Shown here one piece after another: positions 1-9,464 of a stretch of DNA of 64,000 nucleotides. The stretch's first letter is position 1, and every line of letters starts with the position of its first letter. The DNA lies in assembly GCA_017502265.1 (NCBI GenBank), contig JAFVVI010000024.1, positions 1,968 to 65,967 of the forward strand, in the 5' to 3' direction. The translations under genes were made by a program, and so were the position numbers. The notes beneath the pieces are model-generated. The model was not told where the DNA came from. It did not search any database and worked only from the letters and a program-made list of their open reading frames with translations. This DNA comes from Oscillospiraceae bacterium. GTDB lineage: Bacteria > Bacillota > Clostridia > Oscillospirales > Oscillospiraceae.

Positions 1-492
1 GGCAGCAGAAGCATAGCATTTTACATCGCCGGTGCTGAGGTCAATATCCATACTATCAAACTGAAATGGGTTGGGTATTTCCACATCCCCGGTATCGGAT
101 TTGATGTTCAGCGCGGCATACTGGGTTTGAGGCAGATATACGGTGATCTTGGGTGAACTAAAGGAGAAAAAGGTGATATAGTCGTACCACTTACGGGTGT
201 CTTCCAGGGCAATTTCCAATGTTCCGTTCTTGGCAGATACCCGGTGGGACATCTTTTTCTGCTCGTAACATTCCACTTTGCAGACTCCGTCACCCGACAG
301 AACAAACCGCACATCCGCCGTATCGGTGTTTACAGATATGCCTTGAAAATCTTCAAGAATGGAATATGCGTTACTTTGGAACTTTTCGGAGTTCAGTTTG
401 GCAAAATCCCAATTGTTGGATGCCAGTGCAGCTACGAACAGGATGATTCCCAGAATGACAAGAATACTGGCAGTGATAAATAATATTTTCAT
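1..492 (-). CDS. DUF4097-family (beta-strand repeat) membrane-anchored protein, 3' end outside window
   Basis: Not in ORF track; read manually from ATG 492, overlapping the DUF1700 stop (TAATG, SD AAGGAGG): MKILFITASILVILGIILFVAALASNNWDFAKL...NTDTADVRF...SDTGDV...STGDV. N-terminal TM plus repeated (S/T)GDV motifs; usual PadR-DUF1700-DUF4097 synteny. Confidence 0.8.
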   Translation of the reverse strand, partial: MKILFITASILVILGIILFVAALASNNWDFAKLNSEKFQSNAYSILEDFQGISVNTDTADVRFVLSGDGVCKVECYEQKKMSHRVSAKNGTLEIALEDTRKWYDYITFFSFSSPKITVYLPQTQYAALNIKSDTGDVEIPNPFQFDSMDIDLSTGDVKCYASAA

Positions 493-1061
493 TATGCATC
501 CTCCTTCTTGGAAAAACACTTTCGGATTCCTTGTGCAATCTTTTTAGTCAGCAGGGCAGTGCCTTTGGTTGCGGCCTTGCAGCCATAGAGCAGGAATAAG
601 GAAAGTCCTGCGCAAATGAAACCTGCGCCCATAAGGGCAACACCTGCCGGGGTGTTGCCGGTGCAAACCAATGCGATTCCGCCCACCGCGCCACCCAGGG
701 CAGCGCCCCAAAGGGCAATTTCTGTGGCCCACAAGCTGATAATCACAGACCACAGGGATGCGTACAAGGAGATGACCATGGAGATACTGGTAAGCAGCAG
801 GGAAACCCAAAGGGGAGCGCATAGCACCAGGAGCAAAATGGCCCAAGGGGATAATTTCTGTTTTGCTTTTTCCGGCTTGCAGTCCGGAATCTCTGTGTCC
901 TCGATCACACCGATCCGCGCAACGGCTTCTTCCTCAGAAAGACCCTCGTCCATTCCGTCATCGATCATCTCGTTGTAAAATGTCAGCCGCTCTTCAATTT
1001 CGTTTTCGGGAAGACCCGACAGTTTGTTGTGCAGTGCAGCAAGAAATTCATGCTTTGTCAT
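492..1061 (-). CDS. DUF1700 (HAAS) domain membrane protein
   Basis: MTKHEFLAALHNKLSGLPENEIEERLTFYNEMIDDG..GLSEEEAVARIG followed by TM helices. Confidence 0.88.
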   Translation of the reverse strand: MTKHEFLAALHNKLSGLPENEIEERLTFYNEMIDDGMDEGLSEEEAVARIGVIEDTEIPDCKPEKAKQKLSPWAILLLVLCAPLWVSLLLTSISMVISLYASLWSVIISLWATEIALWGAALGGAVGGIALVCTGNTPAGVALMGAGFICAGLSLFLLYGCKAATKGTALLTKKIAQGIRKCFSKKEDA

Positions 1062-1374
1062 TGTTGCCGCCCCCCTTTGTCACAAATTGGTAAATGGATA
1101 AAATTTCTTTCCATTCTTCCTTGAATTCGGCAATGCGCTGCTGTCCGGCGGTCGTAATACGGTAATATTTCCGCAGCCTGCCTTGGTGCTCGACAGTCCG
1201 GACGGTGAGCATAGAGGCAGATTCCAGCCGCTTGAGAATGGTATATAAAGTGGATTCGGAAAGGTCAATGTAGGGCTTCATATCTTTTATGATCTTGTAG
1301 CCGTAGGATTCTGAATGCTCAATGGCTGCAAGGACGCATACATCCAGAAGTCCTCGCTTTAACTGGATATCCAT
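1048..1374 (-). CDS. PadR-family transcriptional regulator
   Basis: MDIQLKRGLLDVCVL...SYGYKII...ESTLYTILKRLE...RKYYRIT. Start moved to 1374 (SD GGAGG 1381-1385). Confidence 0.92.
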   Translation of the reverse strand: MDIQLKRGLLDVCVLAAIEHSESYGYKIIKDMKPYIDLSESTLYTILKRLESASMLTVRTVEHQGRLRKYYRITTAGQQRIAEFKEEWKEILSIYQFVTKGGGNNDKA

Positions 1375-1395
1375 AGCATACCTCCTTCTGTGATA

Positions 1396-1427
1396 TACAT
1401 CGTAACACGAAGTATTAGGAATGTCAA
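1396..1427 (-). promoter_or_regulatory. sigmaA promoter with overlapping palindrome (probable PadR autoregulatory operator)
   Basis: TTGACA (1427-1422)-17 nt-TACGAT with extended TG; inverted repeat TACATCGT-AAC-ACGAAGTA at 1396-1414. Confidence 0.65.
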
Positions 1428-1432
1428 GGAAA

Positions 1433-1456
1433 CCCGGCAGAAAATTTTCTGCCGGG
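1433..1456 (-). terminator. Hairpin after htrA
   Basis: Perfect palindrome CCCGGCAGAAAA-TTTTCTGCCGGG. Confidence 0.55.
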
Positions 1457-1469
1457 CCCACAAGTTGCT

Positions 1470-2819
1470 TTAATACCCCCAAGGGTGTTGAGGCGTTTGG
1501 GTTTGGTTGGCTTGCTGGTTTTGGGCGGATTGGATCTGTTCGCCCACAGTGACGGTAATGTCCAGCGTGTTACCCTTTCTGTAAACCCTAAAGGTCAGCG
1601 TATCGCCAACTGCGGCCTTGTTTACAATGCTCACAAGCTCAGAGCTACCGGAAATCTCCTTGCCGCCGATATGGGTGATAATATCGTTGCTCTTAATGCC
1701 TGCCTTGGCAGCAGGGGAGTCAGCAGCTACAGTCTTGACTGCTGCGCCCTTGGGCAGGCCGTAGCTTTGAGTCTCGGTGCTGACGGTGGTGACGGACAGA
1801 CCCACATAGGGTTTGGACACATAACCCTTTTCGATAATGCTTTCAGCAATCTGCCGGGCCTTGTTAATGGGAATGGCAAAACCAATGTTGTCGATGGAAG
1901 CGCTGGAGTTGGCACTGGTGGAATACTTGGCGTTGGTGATGCCGATAACCTCACCGTACAGATTAAACAGAGCGCCGCCGGAGTTGCCGGAATTGATGGC
2001 GCAGTCGGTCTGCATCAGTTGCATAGTAGCGCCATTGGACATGGTAATCTCCCGGTCCTTGGCGCTAATTGCCCCGGAGGTAAGAGAGAAGGTCAGCTCA
2101 CCCAAGGGATTACCAATGGCCACCACATTGTCGCCCACATTGATATTGTCGGAGTTGCCCAGCACCACAGGCACCAGATTTGTTGCCTCCACTTTCAGTA
2201 CCGCCACATCGTTACCCTCGTCATAACCGATGAGCTTGGCATCGTATCCGGTGCCGTCGTACATGGTTACGGTGATGGCGTTGGAATCCTCCACCACATG
2301 GTAATTGGTGAGGATATAGCCGTCGTTACTGAAGACGAAGCCGGAGCCGGATGCGGCAGAGGTGGTTTGATAGCCCCAGTAATTGGTGGTGATGGAGGTG
2401 GTGATGCCCACGGTGGAATTGACATTGGCAGCGTAAACCTCCGCTTGCGTCAGCAACTTGCCAGTCTCAACTTTGGCAATATCAATGACCGCGTTTTCCC
2501 GGTTGCTTTCAATTATGGTAGAGATGTTGTTTTGTCCGGCAGGCTGCGGGTTCGGGGAATCCGGCTTTTCCAGCAGCCGGCTGCCCAGCAGCATTGCGCC
2601 TGCACCCAGTGCGCCGCCCAACAAGCTGCATACCAGGGCAACTGCAACCACTGTGCCCCCGGACCACCCGGCTTTTTGTTTTTTGGTAGGCGTGTGTTCT
2701 ATAGCGGGATCTTCCGTTACAGGCAGCGCGTCCACAATGGGGTCTTCCTGTGGCGGTGTGTAACGGTAATCGGATTTTTCCCGGGGCTCAGTATCTTGGT
2801 TTTCATAAGGCTCGAACAT
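1470..2819 (-). CDS. htrA: HtrA/DegP-family serine protease (TM anchor, trypsin domain, one PDZ)
   Basis: Catalytic TNYHVV, DVAVLK, GNSGGAL; C-terminal PDZ; SD AAAGGAG before ATG 2819. Confidence 0.93.
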   Translation of the reverse strand: MFEPYENQDTEPREKSDYRYTPPQEDPIVDALPVTEDPAIEHTPTKKQKAGWSGGTVVAVALVCSLLGGALGAGAMLLGSRLLEKPDSPNPQPAGQNNISTIIESNRENAVIDIAKVETGKLLTQAEVYAANVNSTVGITTSITTNYWGYQTTSAASGSGFVFSNDGYILTNYHVVEDSNAITVTMYDGTGYDAKLIGYDEGNDVAVLKVEATNLVPVVLGNSDNINVGDNVVAIGNPLGELTFSLTSGAISAKDREITMSNGATMQLMQTDCAINSGNSGGALFNLYGEVIGITNAKYSTSANSSASIDNIGFAIPINKARQIAESIIEKGYVSKPYVGLSVTTVSTETQSYGLPKGAAVKTVAADSPAAKAGIKSNDIITHIGGKEISGSSELVSIVNKAAVGDTLTFRVYRKGNTLDITVTVGEQIQSAQNQQANQTQTPQHPWGY

Positions 2820-2920
2820 TGTCAGCGCTCCTTTCTGTATAGGCATATTTTACCTCGGAAAATAAAAACAATGCTGAACAAAGCAAAAAGAAACGGTGAA
2901 TATTTTGTAAAGGTGGCCGC

Positions 2921-2949
2921 TTGACAAAGTTTGCCCGCTGTGCTACAAT
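2921..2949 (+). promoter_or_regulatory. sigmaA promoter of T-box/trpB2 transcript
   Basis: TTGACA-17 nt-TACAAT with extended TG. Confidence 0.8.
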
Positions 2950-2954
2950 ATCCC

Positions 2955-3219
2955 AAACCGATGAGGAAGAGTAAGTAGGCAATGCCTCCTTTCTTTCAGA
3001 GAGCCGCAGGCGGTGGGATTGCGGCAGAAAGCGCAGGGCTGAATGGACTTCCGAGGGCAAACGGAACGAAGAAATCTTCAAGTATGTGCGCCGGAGAGGA
3101 CCCTCCGTAAGCAAAGGTCAGCATATGTTGGTATGCGTAAAGTGGGCGTGTAATGCGTCAAGCCGGGTGGCACCGCAGGAATCTTCCTGTCCCAGCGAAT
3201 GTCTGGGGCAGTTTTTTTG
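2955..3219 (+). ncRNA. Tryptophan T-box riboswitch
   Basis: AGTA, CAGAGAGC and GGTG stem I motifs; specifier GAA-TGG (Trp codon 3044-3046); T-box AAGCCGGGTGGCACCGCAG; terminator CTGTCCCAG..CTGGGGCAG plus U-tract; upstream of trpB2. Confidence 0.92.
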
Positions 3220-3251
3220 TTTTCTGCCCCGAAATTCAGAAAAAGGAGCAA

Positions 3252-4631
3252 ATGAAAATGGCAAACAAGGAAATCCCCTACAAGATCTATTTGGAAGAGA
3301 GCGAGATGCCCAAAGCTTGGTACAATCTCCGGGCAGATATGATTAATAAGCCTGCGCCTCTATTGAATGCCCAGACCCGTAAGCCTATGACGGCCGAGGA
3401 TCTGGCACCCGTGTTCTGTGACGAGCTGATCACCCAGGAGCTGGACGATACCACACCCTATTTCCCCATCCCCGAGGAGATTCTGAATTTCTATAAGATG
3501 TACCGGCCGGCACCTTTGGTCAGGGCCTACTGCCTGGAGGAAAAGCTCCAGACCCCCGCAAAGATCTATTATAAATTTGAAGGCAACAACACCTCCGGCA
3601 GCCATAAGCTGAACTCTGCCATCGCCCAGGCCTACTATGCCAAGAAGCAGGGCCTTACCGGCGTTACCACCGAGACCGGCGCCGGCCAGTGGGGTACGGC
3701 CCTTTCTATGGCCTGCGCCTATCTGGGTTTGGACTGTAAGGTCTATATGGTCAAGGTGTCTTATGAGCAGAAGCCCTTCCGCCGGGAAGTGATGCGTACA
3801 TACGGCGCGTCTGTCACCCCCAGTCCCTCTATGGACACCGAGGTGGGCAGAAAAATTCTGGCCGAGCATCCCGGCACCACCGGCAGCTTGGGTTGCGCTA
3901 TTTCTGAGGCTGTTGAGATGGCCACCAAACTGCCCGGCTACCGCTATGTTCTGGGCAGCGTGCTGAACCAGGTTATGCTGCACCAGACCGTCATCGGTCT
4001 GGAAGCGAAAGCAGCTATGGATAAGTACGGCGTCAAGCCGGATATCATCATCGGCTGCGCCGGCGGCGGCTCCAACCTGGGCGGTTTGATCGCGCCCTTT
4101 ATGGGCGAGAAGATCAAGGGCGAGGCCGACTATCGGATCATCGCTGTTGAGCCGGAGACCTGCCCCAGCTTCACAAGAGGCAAGTATGCCTATGACTATT
4201 GCGACACCGGTATGGTCTGCCCCCTGGCAAAGATGTACACCCTGGGCAGCGGCTTTATCCCTGCCGGCACCCATGCCGGCGGCCTGCGGTATCACGGCAT
4301 GAACCCCACACTGTCCCAGCTGTACGATGATAAGCTGATGGAGGCTGTCAGTGTACCCCAGACGGAGGTATTCAAGGCGGCAGAGGAATTTGCCCGGGTA
4401 GAGGGTATCCTGCCTGCTCCCGAGAGCAGCCACGCCATTAAGGTCGCCATTGACGAGGCCCTCAAGTGCAAGGAAACCGGCGAGGAAAAGACTATTCTGT
4501 TCGGCCTCACCGGCACCGGCTATTTCGATATGTATGCCTACGAAAAATTCCACGACGGCAAGATGACCGACTACATTCCCACCGACGAGGAACTGCAGAA
4601 GGGCTTCAGCTACCTGCCCAAGATGGACTGA
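3252..4631 (+). CDS. trpB: Tryptophan synthase beta chain type 2 (TrpB2, PLP enzyme)
   Basis: PKAWYNL, SGSHK (PLP Lys), TETGAGQWG, GCAGGGSN, HAGGLRYHG, PAPESSHA. Start 3252 or 3258 (SD AAGGAG). Confidence 0.93.
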   Translation: MKMANKEIPYKIYLEESEMPKAWYNLRADMINKPAPLLNAQTRKPMTAEDLAPVFCDELITQELDDTTPYFPIPEEILNFYKMYRPAPLVRAYCLEEKLQTPAKIYYKFEGNNTSGSHKLNSAIAQAYYAKKQGLTGVTTETGAGQWGTALSMACAYLGLDCKVYMVKVSYEQKPFRREVMRTYGASVTPSPSMDTEVGRKILAEHPGTTGSLGCAISEAVEMATKLPGYRYVLGSVLNQVMLHQTVIGLEAKAAMDKYGVKPDIIIGCAGGGSNLGGLIAPFMGEKIKGEADYRIIAVEPETCPSFTRGKYAYDYCDTGMVCPLAKMYTLGSGFIPAGTHAGGLRYHGMNPTLSQLYDDKLMEAVSVPQTEVFKAAEEFARVEGILPAPESSHAIKVAIDEALKCKETGEEKTILFGLTGTGYFDMYAYEKFHDGKMTDYIPTDEELQKGFSYLPKMD

Positions 4632-4637
4632 TTGTAA

Positions 4638-4674
4638 ATGGAGCGATACTTTTGGGGTATCGCTCCATTTTTTT
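4638..4674 (+). terminator. Intrinsic terminator
   Basis: ATGGAGCGATAC..GTATCGCTCCAT plus T-run. Confidence 0.85.
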
Positions 4675-4735
4675 GTTGAATTTTGCGGTGAATATGATAC
4701 AATAAATAAAATACAAATTTGCGGAGGGAAAACCT

Positions 4736-5566
4736 ATGAGCAGAGCAGATGAACTGTATCGCCAGACTTGCCTGGACATTCTCAATAACGGTTTTTATGA
4801 TACCGATCTGGAGGTCCGTCCCCGTTGGGCGGACGGCACACCGGCCCACACCGTTAAGAAATTCGGCGTGGTAAACCGCTACAATCTGAAAGAGGAATTT
4901 CCCATTATGACCCTGCGCCGTACCTATTGGAAGTCTGCGCTGGATGAGCTGCTGTGGATCTGGCAGAAGAAGTCCAACCGTATCGAAGACCTGGGCAGCC
5001 ATGTCTGGGACGAATGGGCAGGGGAGGACGGCACCATTGGCAAGGCCTACGGCTACCAGCTGGGCGTAAAGCACCAGTATAAAGAGGGTATGTTCGACCA
5101 GGTAGACCGGGTGATCTATGATCTGAAGAACAATCCCGCATCCCGCCGGATCCTCACCAATATCTACACTTTCCAGGATCTCCACGAGATGAACCTGTAC
5201 CCCTGCGCCTACTCTATGACCTTCAATGTCTCCGGCAATACCCTCAACGGTATCTTGAATCAGCGCTCCCAGGATATGCTCACCGCTAACAACTGGAATG
5301 TGGTGCAGTACTCTATGCTTCTGATGATGATGGCCCAGGTGGCCGGCCTGGAAGCCGGCGAGCTGGTCCATGTGATCGCTGACTGCCATATCTACGACCG
5401 GCATATCCCCGCTGTCAAGGCGATGCTGGAAAATGAGGGCTTTGCCGCTCCCAAGGTGACCCTGGATCCCAGTATCACCGATTTCTACCAGTTCACCAAG
5501 GACAGCTTCAAGGTGGAGGACTATCAGTTCCACCCCTTCGATTTTGAGATCCCCATGGCGATCTGA
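4736..5566 (+). CDS. thyA: Thymidylate synthase
   Basis: GKAYGYQ, SRRIL, LYPCAY (catalytic Cys), QRSQD, HIYDRH. Confidence 0.96.
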   Translation: MSRADELYRQTCLDILNNGFYDTDLEVRPRWADGTPAHTVKKFGVVNRYNLKEEFPIMTLRRTYWKSALDELLWIWQKKSNRIEDLGSHVWDEWAGEDGTIGKAYGYQLGVKHQYKEGMFDQVDRVIYDLKNNPASRRILTNIYTFQDLHEMNLYPCAYSMTFNVSGNTLNGILNQRSQDMLTANNWNVVQYSMLLMMMAQVAGLEAGELVHVIADCHIYDRHIPAVKAMLENEGFAAPKVTLDPSITDFYQFTKDSFKVEDYQFHPFDFEIPMAI

Positions 5567-5574
5567 GGTAGCAT

Positions 5575-6054
5575 ATGGAACTGATCGTTGCAGTATATGA
5601 TGATTGGGGTATCGGTGCCGACGGCACCCAGCCCATTGCTCTGTCAGCAGACCGAAAATTCTTCCGGGAAACGACCCGGGGCGCAATGGTGATCGTGGGC
5701 CGCAAGACCCTTGCGGACTTTCCTGGCGGCAGACCGCTCCCCAACCGGGTAAATGTGGTACTGACCCGGCAGGATATCACCATCGACGATGTGGTGATCT
5801 GTCATAGTCCCGAAGAAGCAGTGGAGCTGGCCAAAACCGCCCAGCGCGCTATGGTCATCGGTGGCGGCAGTATCTATGAGCAGATGCTCCCGTACTGCGA
5901 TACCGCTTATGTGACCAAGGTCCACGCCCGGCCGGAATCGGACACCTTCTTCCCAAATCTGGACGCAGACCCCCGCTGGGAGATGTCTCAGGTACTTCAG
6001 TCCGGCGAGGAAAACGGTGTTGTCTACGAGATGTGCCTGTACAAACGCATATAA
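5575..6054 (+). CDS. folA: Dihydrofolate reductase
   Basis: GIG, GRKT, RPLPNRVN, IGGGSIY, DTFFP; follows thyA. Confidence 0.95.
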   Translation: MELIVAVYDDWGIGADGTQPIALSADRKFFRETTRGAMVIVGRKTLADFPGGRPLPNRVNVVLTRQDITIDDVVICHSPEEAVELAKTAQRAMVIGGGSIYEQMLPYCDTAYVTKVHARPESDTFFPNLDADPRWEMSQVLQSGEENGVVYEMCLYKRI

Positions 6055-6056
6055 CC

Positions 6057-6088
6057 AAAAAGCGGACAAAATTTGTCCGCTTTTTTTG
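6057..6088 (+). terminator. Intrinsic terminator
   Basis: AAAAAGCGGACAAAATTTGTCCGCTTTTTTT. Confidence 0.85.
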
Positions 6089-6160
6089 ATTTTTTAGTTG
6101 CAGTCTTATGTAAACATGAGTATAATATAACAAGCAACATAAGAAACGGAAGTACAGAGA

Positions 6161-7669
6161 ATGAAAAGAGCAATTCTGATTATATTGATCTGCGTGCTGG
6201 TGCTGACGGCTGTGACCGTGGGTGCAGCCGCTTTTCGTTTGTGGGATGGCGGCCGGCTGACCCTCATACTGAACGGAGCAGAAACAATCCGTGTAGAATA
6301 TGGCGATGTGTATCAGGAGCCGGGTGCGGAAGCGACGCTGAAAACCGGCGTTCCTGTCTCTGTGGATATCTCCGGCCGGGTCGATACCGACAAGGTAGGC
6401 AAATACTTGATCAAGTATACAGCCGGTACAGGAGGGGCGGTGCGTACCGCATACCGCAATGTCTATGTGGTGGATTCCCAGTCACCTGTTATCAAGCTGA
6501 CGGAAAATCCCAATGGCTACACCCTCCCGGGTCAGCCCTATCAAGAGGAAGGTTTTTTTGCTACGGATAATTACGACGGCGATCTGACCGATCGGGTCAT
6601 CCGCCGGGAGGCTGACGGCAAGGTGATCTACACTGTGTCCGATGCCTACGGCAATACCACCACCGTGGAACGGACCATTCGGTATATGGATCCGGCCTAT
6701 CCCCAGATCTTGCTTGAGGGCGGCCAGATGGCCTTTATTATGGCCGGCGACAATTACCAGGAGCCGGGCTATACCTCTACCGATATGGAAGACGGCGATC
6801 TGACATCCAAGGTAGTGGTCACCGGCGCGGTGGACAATATGACCTCCGGTATTTATACCCTGCAGTATTCTGTCACCAATCAAAAGGGTATGACCACCAA
6901 GCTGGACAGAACGGTTTATGTAATCCCCAAGCCGGAGGGTGAACAAACGCCGCCTGAAGGTGAACAGAATCCCGAAAATGGAGAAAACCCAGACGGTGAA
7001 GGCGCGCCCAATGTTGACCTGCCCACCGGCGGCACCACCATTGAGCCCAACGGTAAGACCATCTACCTGACCTTCGATGATGGCCCCGGCGAGCATACCG
7101 GGCGACTTCTGGATATTTTGGCGAAGTACAATGTCAAGGCCACTTTCTTCGTGGTGGGCGGCAAAGATATGAGCCTGGTCGCCCGGGCCGCCCAGGAGGG
7201 CCATGCCATTGCCATCCACACCTACACCCACCGTTACAGTGAGATCTATTCCAGCGACGATGCGTTTTTCAATGACCTGTACGCTATGCAGGATCTGATC
7301 TACCAGCACACCGGTGTCAAGACTATGCTGACCCGATTCCCGGGCGGCAGTTCCAATTCCGTCAGCAGCGCCTACAACAAGGGTATTATGTCCCGGCTGA
7401 CCAAAGAGCTTCCCGCAAGAGGCTTCCAGTATTTCGACTGGAATGTGGACAGCAACGATGCTGGCGGCGCCAAGACTGCCGACGAGGTCTTTGATAATGT
7501 GACCAAGGGGGTTGCCAAGCGGACCAATTCCGTAGTCCTGCAGCACGATACCAGAGATTTCAGCGTGGACGCCATAGAGCGGATCGTTGCGTGGGGCTTG
7601 TGCAACGGCTATACCTTCAAAGCTCTGGATATGGACAGCCCTGCCTGCCACCACGGTGTAAATAATTAA
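6161..7669 (+). CDS. Membrane-anchored CE4 polysaccharide/peptidoglycan deacetylase with Ig-like (DUF5011-type) repeats
   Basis: N-terminal TM; three Y(Q)EPG..DGDLT-like repeats; NodB motifs TFDDGP, HTYTH, RFPGG, WNVDSND, LQHD; promoter TTGCAG-17-TATAAT at 6098-6126. Confidence 0.9.
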   Translation: MKRAILIILICVLVLTAVTVGAAAFRLWDGGRLTLILNGAETIRVEYGDVYQEPGAEATLKTGVPVSVDISGRVDTDKVGKYLIKYTAGTGGAVRTAYRNVYVVDSQSPVIKLTENPNGYTLPGQPYQEEGFFATDNYDGDLTDRVIRREADGKVIYTVSDAYGNTTTVERTIRYMDPAYPQILLEGGQMAFIMAGDNYQEPGYTSTDMEDGDLTSKVVVTGAVDNMTSGIYTLQYSVTNQKGMTTKLDRTVYVIPKPEGEQTPPEGEQNPENGENPDGEGAPNVDLPTGGTTIEPNGKTIYLTFDDGPGEHTGRLLDILAKYNVKATFFVVGGKDMSLVARAAQEGHAIAIHTYTHRYSEIYSSDDAFFNDLYAMQDLIYQHTGVKTMLTRFPGGSSNSVSSAYNKGIMSRLTKELPARGFQYFDWNVDSNDAGGAKTADEVFDNVTKGVAKRTNSVVLQHDTRDFSVDAIERIVAWGLCNGYTFKALDMDSPACHHGVNN

Positions 7670-7673
7670 AAGA

Positions 7674-7712
7674 ACGCGCCGGAAAGGAATGTTCCTTTCC
7701 GGCGCGCTTTGT
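7674..7712. terminator. Bidirectional terminator
   Basis: CGCGCCGGAAAGGAA-TG-TTCCTTTCCGGCGCG between convergent genes. Confidence 0.85.
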
Positions 7713-9464
7713 TTATTCTTCCGGGTGCTTTTCAATCATTTGCTGCAGATAAGCGGTGGTGTTGGTGGAATTGTTCCAAACCCGCAGGTGTCTGCGACTT
7801 CTTCCCCAGGCATCCTGGAGAGCCTTGTCCCCAATCAAGAAATCCAAATAGTAGTTTTCGTCGTACTTATCGTGGAATACCCAGTTCTGTGCCATCCGAC
7901 CGGCATCGCAGTCTTTTTGGATGGCATCGATCAGACCGCCTATTTCGTCTTTGTCTGTCAGCTTGATGCTGTAACTCTTTTCCATTGTGTAGCCTTCAAT
8001 GGTTACACTCTCAAATGCTTCATACAGTATTTTGGGGTCGTTTACCTCAAAAACGTAGCGGATATCGTTATAATACTTTCCGGCCTGTTGGAACAGCTCG
8101 CTGTCCGTCTCCACCTTGTAATGTCGGCTGACGACCCGCCCGGTATCCAGTGTATAGCTGATGGTCACCTTAGCCGAAGGCTGATCCTCTACGCGGGGAC
8201 CGGGCCGATATTGGATCAACTGCCGGTGGAAATCCTGTAACTCTGCCAGTTCATTCTTGTCTGTGATTTTAAAGTTGGCAGTATCGTTCAGCTCGCCGGT
8301 ATAAGAGATCATAGAACTATGCGTGGGATAGAAATAATATCCCTTGTCTGCGCCGATCACTGCCGCGCTTTCAATCTTATTAAGCGGGGGCACATAACGG
8401 GTCACGCCCAGAGGATCCAGCCAGGTCAGTAGGAATGTACCGCCCATAACCACCAGGATCATACCCAAGCCCAACAGCGCCCGTTTGGTAAATACCTTCA
8501 CGGTGCGACCAAGCAGCATACGGCCTGCAAAGTAGCCTACCACCGCGCCCACGGCTAAGAACACATAGCTCCCGGCGCTAAAAGCACTGGAGAGCAGATA
8601 CAGTACCGCGCCTGCGCCCACGGTGCAGATCAGCAGAAACAGGGGAGAGAGCTTTTTCAGCGACAGCAGATCCCCGGCGGCTTCCAGCTGACGCTTTCTG
8701 TATACCGCCCACGCCAGTCCGATGCATACGATACCTGCGGCGGCGCACAGTCCTAAATACAGCCAGTCTTTACCCATAAGATCGCGGAATATGCCGAAGG
8801 GGTCGATTGTATCGTGAATAACCTCGAACTCGGCATAGCGAAAACCGTTCAGCTGATACAGGGGAATAAACCGGGAGAAAGCGTCAATGGTCAGCTCTAC
8901 ACCGTGCAAAAGGGGCTGGTAGAATAGCTCCGCAAGGCCGGCGATCAGCACGGTGATCAGATGGAAAATTCCATACAGACCGGCCATGCCGATAAGGTTA
9001 CCGGCGCATACGGCGCAAAGCACCGCCGAACCGAAGAAGAACAGGTATTGCAGTGTAACGCCTGCCAGCCATATGGGGGCAATATAGGCGTATTCCCACA
9101 GGATGGGGAGCGCTACCAGGGTTGCCAGCAGATTCGGCACAAAGCTGAACAAAAATCCCGACAGGATGTGGGTGCACAGCCAGCCTTCCCGTCGCAGAGG
9201 AAATGCGTGGAGGGCGTTGCACAGCCGTCCGTTAAACAGATCCATAAACAAAAATGCGGCGCAGACACCGGCATATATGGCATTGATCCATGTCATAGCC
9301 CGCACAGATTCCAGCGTGTTGTCTGCGGTGATCGCTGGGTCATAGCTGCCAAATTCAAACAGTCCCAACAGCAAAAATATGGTGTAAACAGCCCAGATCG
9401 GCGCATACCGGGTGATGTCCTTTTTCAGAACGGTCTTATTAAAGAAGGATGTCTTTGACTGCAT
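7713..9464 (-). CDS. ABC transporter permease (YtrC-like) with C-terminal extracellular domain
   Basis: Many TM helices, HAFPLRRE motif; in GntR-ATPase-permease operon. Confidence 0.8.
   Translation of the reverse strand: MQSKTSFFNKTVLKKDITRYAPIWAVYTIFLLLGLFEFGSYDPAITADNTLESVRAMTWINAIYAGVCAAFLFMDLFNGRLCNALHAFPLRREGWLCTHILSGFLFSFVPNLLATLVALPILWEYAYIAPIWLAGVTLQYLFFFGSAVLCAVCAGNLIGMAGLYGIFHLITVLIAGLAELFYQPLLHGVELTIDAFSRFIPLYQLNGFRYAEFEVIHDTIDPFGIFRDLMGKDWLYLGLCAAAGIVCIGLAWAVYRKRQLEAAGDLLSLKKLSPLFLLICTVGAGAVLYLLSSAFSAGSYVFLAVGAVVGYFAGRMLLGRTVKVFTKRALLGLGMILVVMGGTFLLTWLDPLGVTRYVPPLNKIESAAVIGADKGYYFYPTHSSMISYTGELNDTANFKITDKNELAELQDFHRQLIQYRPGPRVEDQPSAKVTISYTLDTGRVVSRHYKVETDSELFQQAGKYYNDIRYVFEVNDPKILYEAFESVTIEGYTMEKSYSIKLTDKDEIGGLIDAIQKDCDAGRMAQNWVFHDKYDENYYLDFLIGDKALQDAWGRSRRHLRVWNNSTNTTAYLQQMIEKHPEE

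Noticed and set aside
490-507. Identical GGAGGATGCATAATG junction here (minus strand) and at 63089-63103
   Set aside because: Explained by convergent SD plus TAATG translational coupling, not a mobile repeat.
1485-2924. Long antisense ORFs (also 3360-4553, 6482-7735, 11867-13045, 17456-18649, 22709-24223, 40399-41364, 62993-63937)
   Set aside because: Shadows of well-supported genes caused by GC3 codon bias; no SD or recognisable motifs.
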